DNA of 64,000 nucleotides from NCBI GenBank assembly GCA_963707865.1, contig OY970175.1:80748-144747 (forward strand), in the 5' to 3' direction. This DNA is from an uncultured bacterium (lineage in GTDB: Bacteria; Patescibacteriota; Minisyncoccia; UBA6257; 2-01-FULL-56-20). The translations under genes were made by a program, and so were the position numbers. The notes under the pieces were generated by a model. That model worked only from the letters and a program-made list of their open reading frames with translations. It ran no database searches and had not been told where the DNA came from. Positions 1 through 10,433 of this stretch are shown piece after piece. Every line of letters starts with the position of its first letter. Within the stretch, counting starts at the first letter, position 1.

Positions 1-46
1 GGGAGATTGAGAATGAGTTTAAGGAGATAAAAGGGGAGGTGGAGGA

Positions 47-493
47 ATGAAGCCCGTGGCCGACTGCGCGTTCTGCAACCTGTCCGGCGTCCGGGGGACG
101 ATCTTTAGGGACGAACTCGTGTGGGCGTTCCCGACCTATATCCCTGTCACGTCGGGGCATACGCTTATCGTTCCCGTCCGGCACGTTGCGAAGTTCAGCG
201 ACCTTACGAAAGAGGAAAAGGAGGCGATCTTCGCGCTTGCCGAAAAGATAAAAGCGGCGCTCCGGATCACGTTCGGCGCGGAGGGATTCCATGAGGCATG
301 GAACGAGGGGGAGGCAGCCGGCCAGGCCGTCCCGCATTTTCATCTCCACATCGTGCCCCGCAAGCCGGACGACGCGGGGATCACCGAGTACGAGCCGAGA
401 AAATTTCTCTACCGTCCGGGATCGCGCGAGAAGACACCCGAGAGCGAATTGCAGGCGGTGGCGGAGGAGATTCGGCGGCATATGGACGAATAG
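47..493 (+). CDS. HIT family hydrolase
   Basis: CxFC N-terminus, GHTLIVP, HFHLHIVPR histidine triad. Confidence 0.9.
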   Translation: MKPVADCAFCNLSGVRGTIFRDELVWAFPTYIPVTSGHTLIVPVRHVAKFSDLTKEEKEAIFALAEKIKAALRITFGAEGFHEAWNEGEAAGQAVPHFHLHIVPRKPDDAGITEYEPRKFLYRPGSREKTPESELQAVAEEIRRHMDE

Positions 494-494
494 C

Positions 495-1037
495 ATGCTC
501 GCCCTCACCTATTTCGTCCACGGGACGACGAAGGACAACGAGAACGGGATTGCAACGGGATGGCTCGGCGGCGAGCTTTCGGAGCAGGGAATACGGCAAT
601 CGGTTGACCTGAAAAAGCAGATCGGCGATAAAAAGTTTGACGTGGTCTTTTGTTCGGACCTCAAGCGGGCGGTGGACTCGGCGCAATTGGCTTTCGGCGG
701 GACCGTGCCCATTATCGCGCGGCCGGAGCTCAGGGAATGTAACTACGGCGACCTGAATGGGGCGCCTTCGCGCGTGGTGGAACCGCTACAAGAAATGCGG
801 ATCACGGAGCCCTTCCCGAACGGGGAGAGTTATAGAGATGTAGAGCGGAGGGTCGCGGCCTTCATCCAATCTGTGAAGCGGGAGTATGACGGCAAGCAGG
901 TGGCGATTGTCGCGCACAAAGGGCCGCAGCTCGCGCTTGATGTCTTATTGAGAGGGAAGACGTGGAAACAGGCGTTCGCGGAGGATTGGCGAAAGACGAA
1001 GGCGTGGCGGCCGGGGTGGGGGTATGAGGTGGGGTGA
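495..1037 (+). CDS. Histidine phosphatase (phosphoglycerate mutase-like) family protein
   Basis: FVHG, SDLKRA, LRECNYG, GES and VAH motifs; true start ATG 495 just after the HIT stop. Confidence 0.85.
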   Translation: MLALTYFVHGTTKDNENGIATGWLGGELSEQGIRQSVDLKKQIGDKKFDVVFCSDLKRAVDSAQLAFGGTVPIIARPELRECNYGDLNGAPSRVVEPLQEMRITEPFPNGESYRDVERRVAAFIQSVKREYDGKQVAIVAHKGPQLALDVLLRGKTWKQAFAEDWRKTKAWRPGWGYEVG

Positions 1038-1129
1038 GTTGAATTGAAAGGGCAAAGAGCCAAAGTGAGTTAGTGAAAATAAATTCTCCGCGCCTGAAAG
1101 CGGGAGAATCTATCGCCCCGAAGACAATT

Positions 1130-1417
1130 TTACCCGCAGGTAACACTTGTATTCGCAGAAACCAGAGCTATCCAATCATTGATAAGTAATGATTTTCCTG
1201 TTTCTGCATTGCACGAGGCACACAGAGGAACAATGTACCAACCCCTGTCGGTTGAGCTATCTTTTTGGACGTGAGCTCCAACCGTAGGTTTTGAGAGGCA
1301 TTTATCTACCGGACAATACGAGGGGAGGTCTTGGCCGCTGAAGTTTTTCCAGTGATCAAGCCAGCTGCCGCAGTTGCATCGGTTTCCGCTGGTGCCGTTA
1401 ATATTGTTTATCCTCAT
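1130..1417 (-). CDS. Small Cys-rich protein, possible His-Me finger (HNH-like) fold
   Basis: CNC..C..C and GAHV...IVPLCASCN pattern; TTGACA/TATAAT-like boxes upstream on the minus strand. Confidence 0.55.
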   Translation of the reverse strand: MRINNINGTSGNRCNCGSWLDHWKNFSGQDLPSYCPVDKCLSKPTVGAHVQKDSSTDRGWYIVPLCASCNAETGKSLLINDWIALVSANTSVTCG

Positions 1418-1568
1418 TATACGAAGGTTATTTTAATCTAGAGCGCAGTGATCGTCGACCTCGTCACTTTGGTTTTGCGGATATATTATATCCATCCTAC
1501 ACGGATGTCAAGAATCCCGACATACGAGGGCTTGACTTTTATACAAATAGGGTATAAGCTTTCAATAA

Positions 1569-2249
1569 ATGAGCAAGGAAATCCTTAAAATCATAAGGAA
1601 ATTGCGGCTAGAAAGGGGATTCTCGCAGGCGGCCATTGCTAAAAAATTAGGCATTTCGCGGGTTTCGTACATCGCTACGGAGCATGGGAAAAGGGAGTTA
1701 ACACTCGCCGAGGCACAGAAGCTCGCGGCAATTTTTGGCGCGAACCTGGACGAGATGGAGCGCGGGATCGCGCCGGATTATGACAAGTATAAAGAGATGA
1801 TCATTGCGTATCTGCGCGCAGATGATAGCGACGGCAAATTGCCAAAGACCAAACTCGCAAAGCTTCTTTATCTTGCTGACTTCGGCTGGTTCTACAAGCA
1901 TCTCATAAGCATGAGCGGCATGCCCTATCGAAAGTTCCAGTACGGTCCGGTTCCCGATATGTACTTCCGGGCAATTGACGAGCTCCAAGAGGAAGGAAGG
2001 ATAAATATTGTGCAGCACGATGAGGCCTCGTTGATTTTAGAAGGGGCCGGATCCAAAAATCAAAGGTTGGAGAAGCTGGATAAAAATGAAAAAGCTTTTA
2101 TTGGAGAAATCGCGAAGAGGTGGAGGGGCAAGCGGACGGGAGAAATAGTCGCATTTACCCATAATCAACTCCCGTATAAATTGAGCGCGGATAACGAGAT
2201 AATCCCGTACGAGCTCATCACGCAGGAGGATCCGGACCATGTCTACTGA
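1569..2249 (+). CDS. XRE-HTH plus DUF4065 (Panacea/SocA) antitoxin
   Basis: N-terminal HTH (SQAAIAKKLGISR..E.G); KLAKLLYLADF and YGPVP motifs typical of DUF4065. Confidence 0.8.
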   Translation: MSKEILKIIRKLRLERGFSQAAIAKKLGISRVSYIATEHGKRELTLAEAQKLAAIFGANLDEMERGIAPDYDKYKEMIIAYLRADDSDGKLPKTKLAKLLYLADFGWFYKHLISMSGMPYRKFQYGPVPDMYFRAIDELQEEGRINIVQHDEASLILEGAGSKNQRLEKLDKNEKAFIGEIAKRWRGKRTGEIVAFTHNQLPYKLSADNEIIPYELITQEDPDHVY

Positions 2250-2631
2250 TTATGGGATCGTTGTTGAACCATTTGCAGAGCGGCACTTCATAAAATCTTT
2301 CGCGAAGAAATATAAAGGCGCGTGGGATATTACCTGGCAGGCCATTGAGGCGGAGTTCAGGCATTTCGATGCGCTCTTTGAAACTTCCATCGCGGAGACG
2401 ATTGTTGATTCTCCGAGCGTAAAGATCTGCAAAACTGAATTCCGGGTGGCCGGAACCAAGGAATCGCGGCATGGGTCCGGTTGCCGTACGATCGTGGCAA
2501 TGGACAAGGGGACCAATATCGTGCACGTGCTCTTGGTGTATTGTAAGGGCGATCTGAAGGACGGGAATGAGACGGCGGCGTGGAAGCGGGTGGTGAGAGA
2601 TAATTATCCGAAGTATAGGGGACTGCTTTGA
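2239..2631 (+). CDS. Putative RelE/HigB-like toxin
   Basis: Overlaps the antitoxin stop; K..FR.AG....GSG.R.IV...LLVY.K pattern resembles the RelE superfamily. Confidence 0.55.
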   Translation: MSTDYGIVVEPFAERHFIKSFAKKYKGAWDITWQAIEAEFRHFDALFETSIAETIVDSPSVKICKTEFRVAGTKESRHGSGCRTIVAMDKGTNIVHVLLVYCKGDLKDGNETAAWKRVVRDNYPKYRGLL

Positions 2632-4934
2632 AAATAAGGCAAAAACGGCGTAGGATTTTAGAAAGATTTAATCCTATGGACGTAGCGATTGCAAAGGAGA
2701 AAATCGCAGCCCTCGTTGCGAAATATAATGCCGAGGCTGTTTCTGATAAGTTGGGACGTTACAGCGAAGAAGATGTTAAAAACGCTTTTATTAAGCCGCT
2801 GTTCGAAGCTCTTGGCTGGGATATTGAGAATCGCGATGAGACCTCTGCGGAGGAACATATTAAATTCGCCGGAAGGGCTGATTACGGTTTTTACCTGAAT
2901 GGTCGCCCGAAATTTTACCTTGAAACAAAGAAGGTATCAGCTGACCTAAATAATCCTGAGTTTGCTAATCAAGCTGTTCGCTATGCGTGGAACAAAGGTA
3001 TTACCTGGGCAGTACTTACCAATTTTAAGGGTTTGAAAATTTTTAATGCTCAAGATATCAAGCGATCACTTGCAGATAAACTTTTTAAGGATATTAAACA
3101 CACGGAATACCTTTCACGCCTAGATGAACTCCTACTCCTTTCTCGGGAAGCTTTCGCGGAAAACCTATTGGATAAAGAAGCTGCAAAAGTAGGGAAAATT
3201 TATCTTCGGGTTCCCGTAGGCGACAAGCTTTATAAAGACCTAGATGAATGCCGAGCCAAGCTTACAAATGCTTTGCTCAAGTGCAACCCCGAACTGAAAA
3301 AGAATCATGATCTTCTTGATGAGGGCGTGCAGAAATTACTGGATCGTCTTATCTTTCTCCGCGTCGCCGAAGATCGCAATGTCGAGCCAAACATTTTAAG
3401 AATTCTTCTACGCGAAGCACAATCAACCCGCAAAGGGGAAATGTCGCTATATCAAGCGATGACAGAGAAATTTCGGGAACTTGACAAGGTTTACGACTCC
3501 AATCTTTTTTCGGAACATCCTTTTGAAAATTGGGATGAATATGATGGCGCTACGGAAAAAGTGATTGAAAAACTGTACGGAGAAAAGGGATACTATGAAT
3601 ATGATTTCAAGTTGATGCCAGCCGATGTTTTGGGCACCGTCTATGAGCATTATCTTGGCTACCGGCTTTCAAAAACAAAACCAGACAAGCGGAAATTGAT
3701 TCAAAGCAGCGGTGTAGAGCTCAGTAAGGATTCCAAGAAACGCAAGGAGCAGGGGATTTATTATACACCAACATTCGTTGTGGATTATATCGTTCGCCAC
3801 GCTTTGCAGCCAGTGCTTGATAAATGTAAAACATATCAAGACTTGATAAATGTAAAAGTTTTGGATCCTGCGTGTGGCTCTGGCTCTTTTCTTTTGAAAG
3901 CGCTTGAAGTCTTTAATGAAAAATATAAGGAGCTTGGGCAGAAAGGGGATGAGGATACTAAGCGCATTATTTTGAGCTGTAATTTATATGGCGTTGATCT
4001 TGACGAAAAAGCCGTAGAGATCGCAAGATTGAATTTACTCATAAATTCGCTTGATAGAAAAGAAGTTTTGCCTACGCCGAATATTAAATGTGGTAATTCG
4101 CTTATTTCCGGATCTGCTGAGGATCTTAAAAAATATTTTGGGGAAAATTGGAGGGAAAAGAAGCCGTTTAACTGGGAAGAAGAATTTTCTGAGATATTTA
4201 AAAACGGGGGATTTGATGTGGTGATTGGGAATCCGCCCTACGTGGTTTTAGAGGCAAGCGATGACCATTTATCATTTTTGAGAGATAACTATAAATCTTC
4301 ACAAGGGGGCAAAGTTAATCTATATAAGGCGTTTATCGAGCGAGGCATTGCCTTACTCAAAAGTGGCGGTCATCTCGGCTTCATCTGCCCTAGCAATTAT
4401 TTGTCGAGTAGCGATAGTAAGACCCTGAGAGAATTATTACTGAAGGAGACTAATTTAATTGAGATAATTGAATATTCTGAAAAAGATAAAGTTTTTGACG
4501 GTGTCACACAGGCTCTAACTACGATTATTTTCGAGAAGAGTAAAATGCATGCAAGTCAACTAGTCCATCTTGTAACAAAGAAGTATGGAGATGCAATTGT
4601 CGCCCAAGACAATCTACTTGAAGGTGAGGGCTATGAGTTTGTTGTTGAAAATAAAGCAATTAAAAAAATTGGCGATGCGAAATTAAGAATTTCCGATTTA
4701 TGCGAAGGATATCAGGGGGAGATCAATGTTAGTACAAAAAAAGAATTTTTTATACACGGGGCAAGAAGCAATTATCTGCCCCTACTTCGAGGTAATCAAA
4801 TTTTTAGATACCAACTCATTCCCTCTGATGAGTTTTGCCCAATTAGTATAGATAAAAGGGGGCACTGGAAAAGCCCACGCATTGTTTTACAAGAAGTTTC
4901 TAATCAGCAACAAGATAGAAGAATCAAGGGCGTT

Positions 4935-5936
4935 TGTTTCATGTCCGCACATTTGTCCCCTCGATAGCTTGAAGATATTCAACCGGCGTCTTTCCCGCAA
5001 GGGCAAGATGAGGACAGACCGTGTTGTACCAGGCGCAGTACGCGGCCTGTTTTTGTTTCGCTTCGGCCACCGTGCGGAATGATATCTTGTTCCAGAACCG
5101 TTCGCGGTCATTGCGATGCGACCGCTCCACCTTGCCGTTCTGCGCAGGATGCCCCGGGGCGATGAGATAGTGCGTCATTTTTTGTTTTTCACAAGTAACA
5201 TCAAAAGGATGCAACCGCGGCTTCAGGGGATCTGCTGACTTCGGATATCCCACGTACCGGTTCGTGAAGATTGATCCGTTATCGGTCTTCACCGCACGGA
5301 TGCGGAAGGGTGCCGTAGCAATGACTTTCTCGAGAAACAAGATCGCGGTCCGCGTGGATTGTTCTTGGGTCACCCAGAGATGCCGCCACCGCGTGCAGCA
5401 ATCAATCGCGGTGAACTGGTAGAGCCATTGCCCCTTGAATCTCCGCACATAAACGACATCAATCTCGATGATCTCTCCGGGAAACGTGGCGGTCGGTTTC
5501 CACTTTGCTTTGGGCACCAACCGTTTTTTGGTTCTTGAGAGCCCCTCACGTTTCAGGACTTTGGCAATACCCCGCACGGAGAGCTTCAGGCCCTCGCGGG
5601 CGAGGAGATACATGAGGACATCAGGACCCAGATCCGTTGCTGTTCGCAACGATCTGATCCGATTCACGATGGTCTGTGAGAATTGTTTCGGATGCGTGTG
5701 CGGCCTGCGCGAGTGCGACACGAGCGCATCGATCCCGCCCCTGCGATATGCCGCCACCCACCGCTTGAGCGTGCGATATGAAAACGGCGCGTGGGCAGCA
5801 ATGTCCTTGATACTCATCTCTTTCTCAAGATGCGGGGTGATCCACCGCATCCGTTCCTCTGCTGCGTCTTTTGCGAGTGTTTGTGGCATATTCCCCAGCT
5901 TACACTTCAAGGGGCCATATGTATGTGCAGAGTACC
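4935..5936 (-). mobile_element. IS481-family insertion sequence (1002 bp)
   Basis: CGTT duplicated at 4931-4934 and 5937-5940; imperfect 27-bp terminal IRs (16/27 match); GC shift relative to the host gene. Confidence 0.85.
4939..5889 (-). CDS. IS481-family DDE transposase
   Basis: HTH N-terminus; IEID, TAID, TDNG and NGKVER rve motifs; start MPQT lies inside the element. Confidence 0.9.
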   Translation of the reverse strand: MPQTLAKDAAEERMRWITPHLEKEMSIKDIAAHAPFSYRTLKRWVAAYRRGGIDALVSHSRRPHTHPKQFSQTIVNRIRSLRTATDLGPDVLMYLLAREGLKLSVRGIAKVLKREGLSRTKKRLVPKAKWKPTATFPGEIIEIDVVYVRRFKGQWLYQFTAIDCCTRWRHLWVTQEQSTRTAILFLEKVIATAPFRIRAVKTDNGSIFTNRYVGYPKSADPLKPRLHPFDVTCEKQKMTHYLIAPGHPAQNGKVERSHRNDRERFWNKISFRTVAEAKQKQAAYCAWYNTVCPHLALAGKTPVEYLQAIEGTNVRT

Positions 5937-6376
5937 CGTTCCTATTGACAGTGGGTTTCTTTGTGGCCACACCACGAATTATGTTTTTCCCAAAGACAAA
6001 CACGCAGATATTTATTATTTGTTGGGGCTATTAAACAGTCGGGTGGTTGATTATTACTTTAAATATTTTAATAACACAAACCACGTTCCCATAGGAGAAC
6101 TGAAAGATATTCCCGTTCCGAAGACAACCAAAAAGGAACAAGATGTTATAGGGAATTTAGCAAAAATAATGGTTGAGCTACATCAAAAATGCGATAGCGT
6201 CAAAGAGAATTCAAATGGATGGAAAATTCTAAAAATTGAGATCGAAAAAACTGACAGAAAAATTGACGAAGAAATTTATAAATTATATAGCCTCAATCAA
6301 GAAGAAATGAAAACAATAGAGGGAGACTCAGAATCTTTAATCAAGCGGTCCAAATAGTTTCGGCAGGCTATGTAAT

Positions 6377-6522
6377 AGATATGGACGGTCGCGGGCCGGT
6401 AAGACCGGCCCGCTCCTGCGGAACCTCTCGGTTCCGCACTGTCCCGCCGCAAAATCGTGCGGCGGGACCTTCCTACACGGGGCACCTCCCGGTGCCCCGA
6501 CCCCCTCCCCGAATCCATGTCT
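6377..6522. repeat. Four-hairpin palindromic element
   Basis: Hairpins at 6391-6413, 6417-6438, 6441-6468 and 6478-6499, closed by AGATATGGA/TCCATGTCT. Confidence 0.7.
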
Positions 6523-6540
6523 CGGTAGTATCTTATGTGT

Positions 6541-7650
6541 ATGCGCATCGTTGGACATCTCGACATGGATTCCTTCTTCGCCTCAATAGAAGAGAGGGAT
6601 CGGCCGCGCTTGAAGGGTTTGCCGATTGTTATTGGTGCGGATCCGGAGGATGGCAGAGGACGCGGGGTGGTGTCTACCGCGAACTACCGGGCGCGGGAAT
6701 ATGGGATTCGGTCTGCACTCCCAATTGCGACGGCGTGGCGGTATTCGGAGGCAGCGCGGAAGAAGGGGCTCCCGCCTGCGGTCTTTCTTGGGGTCAATAT
6801 GGAAAAATATGCGGAGGAGTCGCGGCGCGTGATGGGGATCGTGCGCGAGGTCTTGGGGGCCACGGCGCTTGTGGAGGAGGCGTCGGTGGATGAGGCGTTC
6901 GTTGATCTGTCGTTCACGGGTTCGTATGAGCGTGCGGAAAAGGTGGCGCGGACGGTCGCGCGCGCGATCAAAGAAAAAACGGGACTCACGGCGTCGGTGG
7001 GCGTGGGGCCGAACAAGCTTATCGCAAAGATCGCGTCGGACCGCGAGAAGCCGGACGGGTTCACATTTGTGCGAGAGTGCGATGCCGAGAAATTCCTTGA
7101 GCCCTTGCCGATCCGCACGATCCCGGGCGTGGGACCAAAAACGGAGGCGCGGTTCAGGGAGCAGGGCGTCCGCACGGTGGGGGACGCGAAGCGGTTCACG
7201 CGTGAGGAGCTTACGGAGATGATGGGCAAATGGGGTGCGGAGCTCTACGAAAAATTGCGCGGGCGGGACGAGTCACCGCTCGTCACGGAGTGGATCGCGA
7301 AGTCCGTGGGGGAGCAGGAGACCTTTCCGCGTGACACGCACGACCCGAAGTTCCTGCGTGAGCGCTTAACCGCGCTTGCGGCGGGGGTCTATGAGCGATT
7401 CGCGGCGGAGGCTTCGGAGGGGCACTTTAAAAGCTTCCGCGGCGTCACGATCACCGTCCGCTTCGCGGACTTTGCGACCGTGACGCGCGCGGCGACGCTT
7501 GACGAACCCGTTATGGCCCGCGACCCCGCTGCGCTCCGCACGCTCCAGTTCCAGGCCTTGCGCCTCTTCATGCCTTTCCTTGACCGCCGCGAGAATCCCG
7601 CGCGCAAGGCCTTCCGGCTCCTTGGGGTGCGCGTGGAGAAGCTGGTTTAA
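6541..7650 (+). CDS. dinB: DNA polymerase IV
   Basis: HLDMDSFFASIE, STANY.AR.YG, SVDEAFVD, NKLIAKIAS...KPDG. Confidence 0.95.
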   Translation: MRIVGHLDMDSFFASIEERDRPRLKGLPIVIGADPEDGRGRGVVSTANYRAREYGIRSALPIATAWRYSEAARKKGLPPAVFLGVNMEKYAEESRRVMGIVREVLGATALVEEASVDEAFVDLSFTGSYERAEKVARTVARAIKEKTGLTASVGVGPNKLIAKIASDREKPDGFTFVRECDAEKFLEPLPIRTIPGVGPKTEARFREQGVRTVGDAKRFTREELTEMMGKWGAELYEKLRGRDESPLVTEWIAKSVGEQETFPRDTHDPKFLRERLTALAAGVYERFAAEASEGHFKSFRGVTITVRFADFATVTRAATLDEPVMARDPAALRTLQFQALRLFMPFLDRRENPARKAFRLLGVRVEKLV

Positions 7651-7700
7651 GTCAGCGGATTTTAGAAGATTTTAACCCCTTATTTGATAGTGTGGGTTGG

Positions 7701-8045
7701 ATGGAAAAGGATTTTGGGAAGTGGCATATTCTTAAAACAGATCTCCAGCGCAGAGAAGGTGGGCCATTTTTCGCCAAGCGAGAGATCTGGATTTGCTCAG
7801 TCGGTTTAAACCTTGGCCACGAAGAAGACGGGAAAGGTGATCGATTTTTGCGCCCGGTTGTCATCTTTAAGAAATTTACCTCAGATCTCTTTTGGGGCAT
7901 ACCTCTCACAAGTAGCGACAAGAGTGGACCATCCCATTATCAATTTAATTTCTTGGTTCCACAAATCGAAACCCCTTCTCGCGAAGAAGGGGTTTCTCGG
8001 GGGGCCGAAGCCCATTGTGATTCCAGTATAGCAGGAGCAGGATAA
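7701..8045 (+). pseudogene. PemK/MazF-family toxin, C-terminally truncated or internally deleted
   Basis: EIWICSVGLNLGHEEDGK..RPV..GIPLTS; the expected later QIR..D.KRL segment is missing and the frame runs into a hairpin. Confidence 0.6.
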
Positions 8046-8101
8046 TTGTCAACCATCATTTAATGAAAATTTAATCTCTGGACAGGTGGTAGAATTCAAG
8101 T

Positions 8102-8350
8102 ATGAAGATTTTTGTGAAGGCGAAACCTGGCGCGAAGAAAACGGCCGTGGGCGATGCAAACGAGCTTTTGGGAAAGACAGGTGAGATTCACCTTATTGTT
8201 TCCGTGAAGGAGCCCGCGAAGGAGGGTCGCGCAAACCGCGCGATAGAAAGGGCGCTTGCGGAGTATTTTAAGGTGCCGCCGTCGCGCGTGCGGATCGTTG
8301 CAGGGCATGCGTCGCGCGAGAAGGTCGTGGAAATCGGCGGCGCCCCATAG
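8102..8350 (+). CDS. DUF167 family protein
   Basis: VKAKPGAK...EPAKEGRAN...G..SREK. Confidence 0.85.
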   Translation: MKIFVKAKPGAKKTAVGDANELLGKTGEIHLIVSVKEPAKEGRANRAIERALAEYFKVPPSRVRIVAGHASREKVVEIGGAP

Positions 8351-8360
8351 GCGTGCTATA

Positions 8361-9212
8361 ATGGAAAATATGCCGGATACAACGCCGAAGGTGGCGATGG
8401 ATTCGCTGGATACGCTTTTTGCAGGGGCATGGCGTTTATATAAAACGCGTTTTTCGGTGCTCCTTAAGATCACGCTCGTCCCCGCAGTCCTCATCGTATT
8501 GGGGCAGCTCGCAATAAGTCGCAGAACGCCTACGGCGGAAGTGATCGGAGTACTCATTGGTTTTGTGGGATGGCTTACCTCCATCGTGGCATCGCTTGCG
8601 CTCATCGTGGCCGCCGCGCGCGACGCCAAAATGGAGGACGCGTACGGAACGGCCCTCAAGCTTTTCTTGCCATCGCTGTGGATCGCCATTCTTGAGGGCA
8701 TTGTCGTTATGGGAGGATTTGTACTCTTCATCATACCCGGCATTTTCGTCGCCATTGCGCTTGCGTTCGCAAATTTCGCGCTTGTGCTTGAGGACCGGCG
8801 CGGCATGCACGCGCTTGCGGAAAGCAGAGAATATGTTCGCGGCTATTGGTGGGCGATCCTCGGACGGAACATGCTTCTTGCGCTTATCTACGGTGCGCTC
8901 GTAATGCTTATCTACACTCCCTTTACGATTATCTTCGGGGGGCTCGTGGGCGGCATCGTGTACGGCTTGCTTCTCCTCGCCATCGTTCCTTTTGGAATTT
9001 GCTATTCTTACACGATCTATGAAAATTTGCGGTGTTTGAAACCGGCCGCTGCGGATGACGCCGCGCGCGCAAGCCGTACGTTCTTTATCGTGTGCATGGT
9101 GGTGGCACTCGTTGCGGCACTCGCGCTTATCGTGGCAATCGCGTTCCTTGTGCGACCCGCAGTTAGCGATCCGTATTGGTGGCCCAAGATGGGCACGTCT
9201 GGGAGCGTGTAG
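8361..9212 (+). CDS. Multi-pass membrane protein
   Basis: About 7 hydrophobic helices, IIPGI and ES..YVRGYWW motifs. Confidence 0.75.
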   Translation: MENMPDTTPKVAMDSLDTLFAGAWRLYKTRFSVLLKITLVPAVLIVLGQLAISRRTPTAEVIGVLIGFVGWLTSIVASLALIVAAARDAKMEDAYGTALKLFLPSLWIAILEGIVVMGGFVLFIIPGIFVAIALAFANFALVLEDRRGMHALAESREYVRGYWWAILGRNMLLALIYGALVMLIYTPFTIIFGGLVGGIVYGLLLLAIVPFGICYSYTIYENLRCLKPAAADDAARASRTFFIVCMVVALVAALALIVAIAFLVRPAVSDPYWWPKMGTSGSV

Positions 9213-9216
9213 CCCG

Positions 9217-10287
9217 TTAAACCTCAAGCGTCCCGTTCGCCCGCAGAGGATATTTTTTCTTGCGGAGATAGGCCATGTAGCCCGCGGCGCCGACCATAGC
9301 GCCATTGTCCATGTTGTATTTGAAATCAGGTACGAAAAATTGTGCGCCAATGAGTCCCGCGGTGCGCGCGAGTGCGCGCCGTAAGTGTTTGTTCGCTGCG
9401 ACGCCGCCCGAAAGAAGGACGGACTCCGCCGCGCATTCCTCCGCGGCGCGGCGCGTCTTCGCAACAAGGACGTCCACGACGGCCTGTTCAAATCCGGCGG
9501 CGACGTCGGCCTTCTTCACTTTTCGTTTTGCAAGCTTCACGTCGCGCAAGTAATAAAGCACCGCGGTTTTCAAGCCGGAAAAGCTGAAGTCGTAATTTTT
9601 TTGGTCAAGCATGGGGCGCGGGAAGGTGATCGCGAAGGAATTGCCGCGCGCCGAAAGCTTTTCCACCTCCGGTCCGCCGGGATAGGGGAGATCCAAAAGG
9701 CGTGCCACTTTATCAAACGCCTCACCCGCCGCATCGTCACGCGTTTCGCCGAGCCGCCGCCATTTCGCAAACGATTCCATACGGAGAAGGATCGTGTGTC
9801 CGCCGGAAACGATGAGCGCCACGGCGGGGAATATTTTTTTAGGGAGTAAGGCCGATGCATAGGCCTTGGAAGACCGCGATGGCAAGAGAAAACTATAAAG
9901 ATGCCCTTCCAGATGATTCGCGCCCACGAGCGGGACTTTATATTCCTTTGCGAGTTCTTTCGCGAAGCCGATGCCGGTCCAGAGTGCGGGCTCTAGGCCG
10001 GGGCCGACCGTGACCGTGATAATGTCCGGTTTCAGGGCGTGGTGTTCTGCGCGCAGCGCCTTTTTCAGTTTTTCAAAAAGGATCGGCAGATTTTTCAAAT
10101 GCTCGCGCTTCGCGAGGTTCGGCACGACGCCGCCGAACGGCCGGTGGATCTTTATCTGTGAGGCGACAAGGTTGTGGAGTACTTTGAAGCGCGGTACGCT
10201 GCCGCTGCGCGGACGCAAACCGCCCGCCGCACGAAGGAGCGCGATCCCCGTTTCGTCGCACGAGGTTTCAATGGCAAGGACGTACAT
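9217..10287 (-). CDS. tsaD: tRNA t6A synthesis protein TsaD
   Basis: IETSCDET, GGVVP, NHLEGH, SGGHT, DDAAGEAFDK, DNGAM. Confidence 0.95.
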   Translation of the reverse strand: MYVLAIETSCDETGIALLRAAGGLRPRSGSVPRFKVLHNLVASQIKIHRPFGGVVPNLAKREHLKNLPILFEKLKKALRAEHHALKPDIITVTVGPGLEPALWTGIGFAKELAKEYKVPLVGANHLEGHLYSFLLPSRSSKAYASALLPKKIFPAVALIVSGGHTILLRMESFAKWRRLGETRDDAAGEAFDKVARLLDLPYPGGPEVEKLSARGNSFAITFPRPMLDQKNYDFSFSGLKTAVLYYLRDVKLAKRKVKKADVAAGFEQAVVDVLVAKTRRAAEECAAESVLLSGGVAANKHLRRALARTAGLIGAQFFVPDFKYNMDNGAMVGAAGYMAYLRKKKYPLRANGTLEV

Positions 10288-10433
10288 AGTATGTGGTTAT
10301 ATCATGCGGCAGGAAGGCAGCTGACCGCAACCTGCGCCAACCCATCCTGCACCAAGCGGCACTTGACAGCCGTACTATAATATAAGAAAGGTCATTAAAA
10401 GGTCGTTGCTTTTCTAAAGATTTTACAAAGAAC

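Larger units (their letters stand above)
2676..6357 (+). pseudogene. Type IIG (Eco57I-like) restriction-modification enzyme interrupted by an IS
   Basis: N-terminal nuclease (ADY..ETK), VLDPACGSG, GNPPY, C-terminal LLGLLNS TRD segment; removing 4935-5940 rejoins the frame (RRIKGV|PIDSGFLC), about 891 aa. Confidence 0.88.

Noticed and set aside
5890-6003. N-terminal extension of the transposase ORF
   Set aside because: Extends beyond the IS end at 5936 into the antisense strand of the R-M gene.
8436-9491. Long antisense or overlapping ORFs (also 15627-16703, 40835-41836, 55589-56461)
   Set aside because: Shadow frames of GC-rich, well-supported genes.
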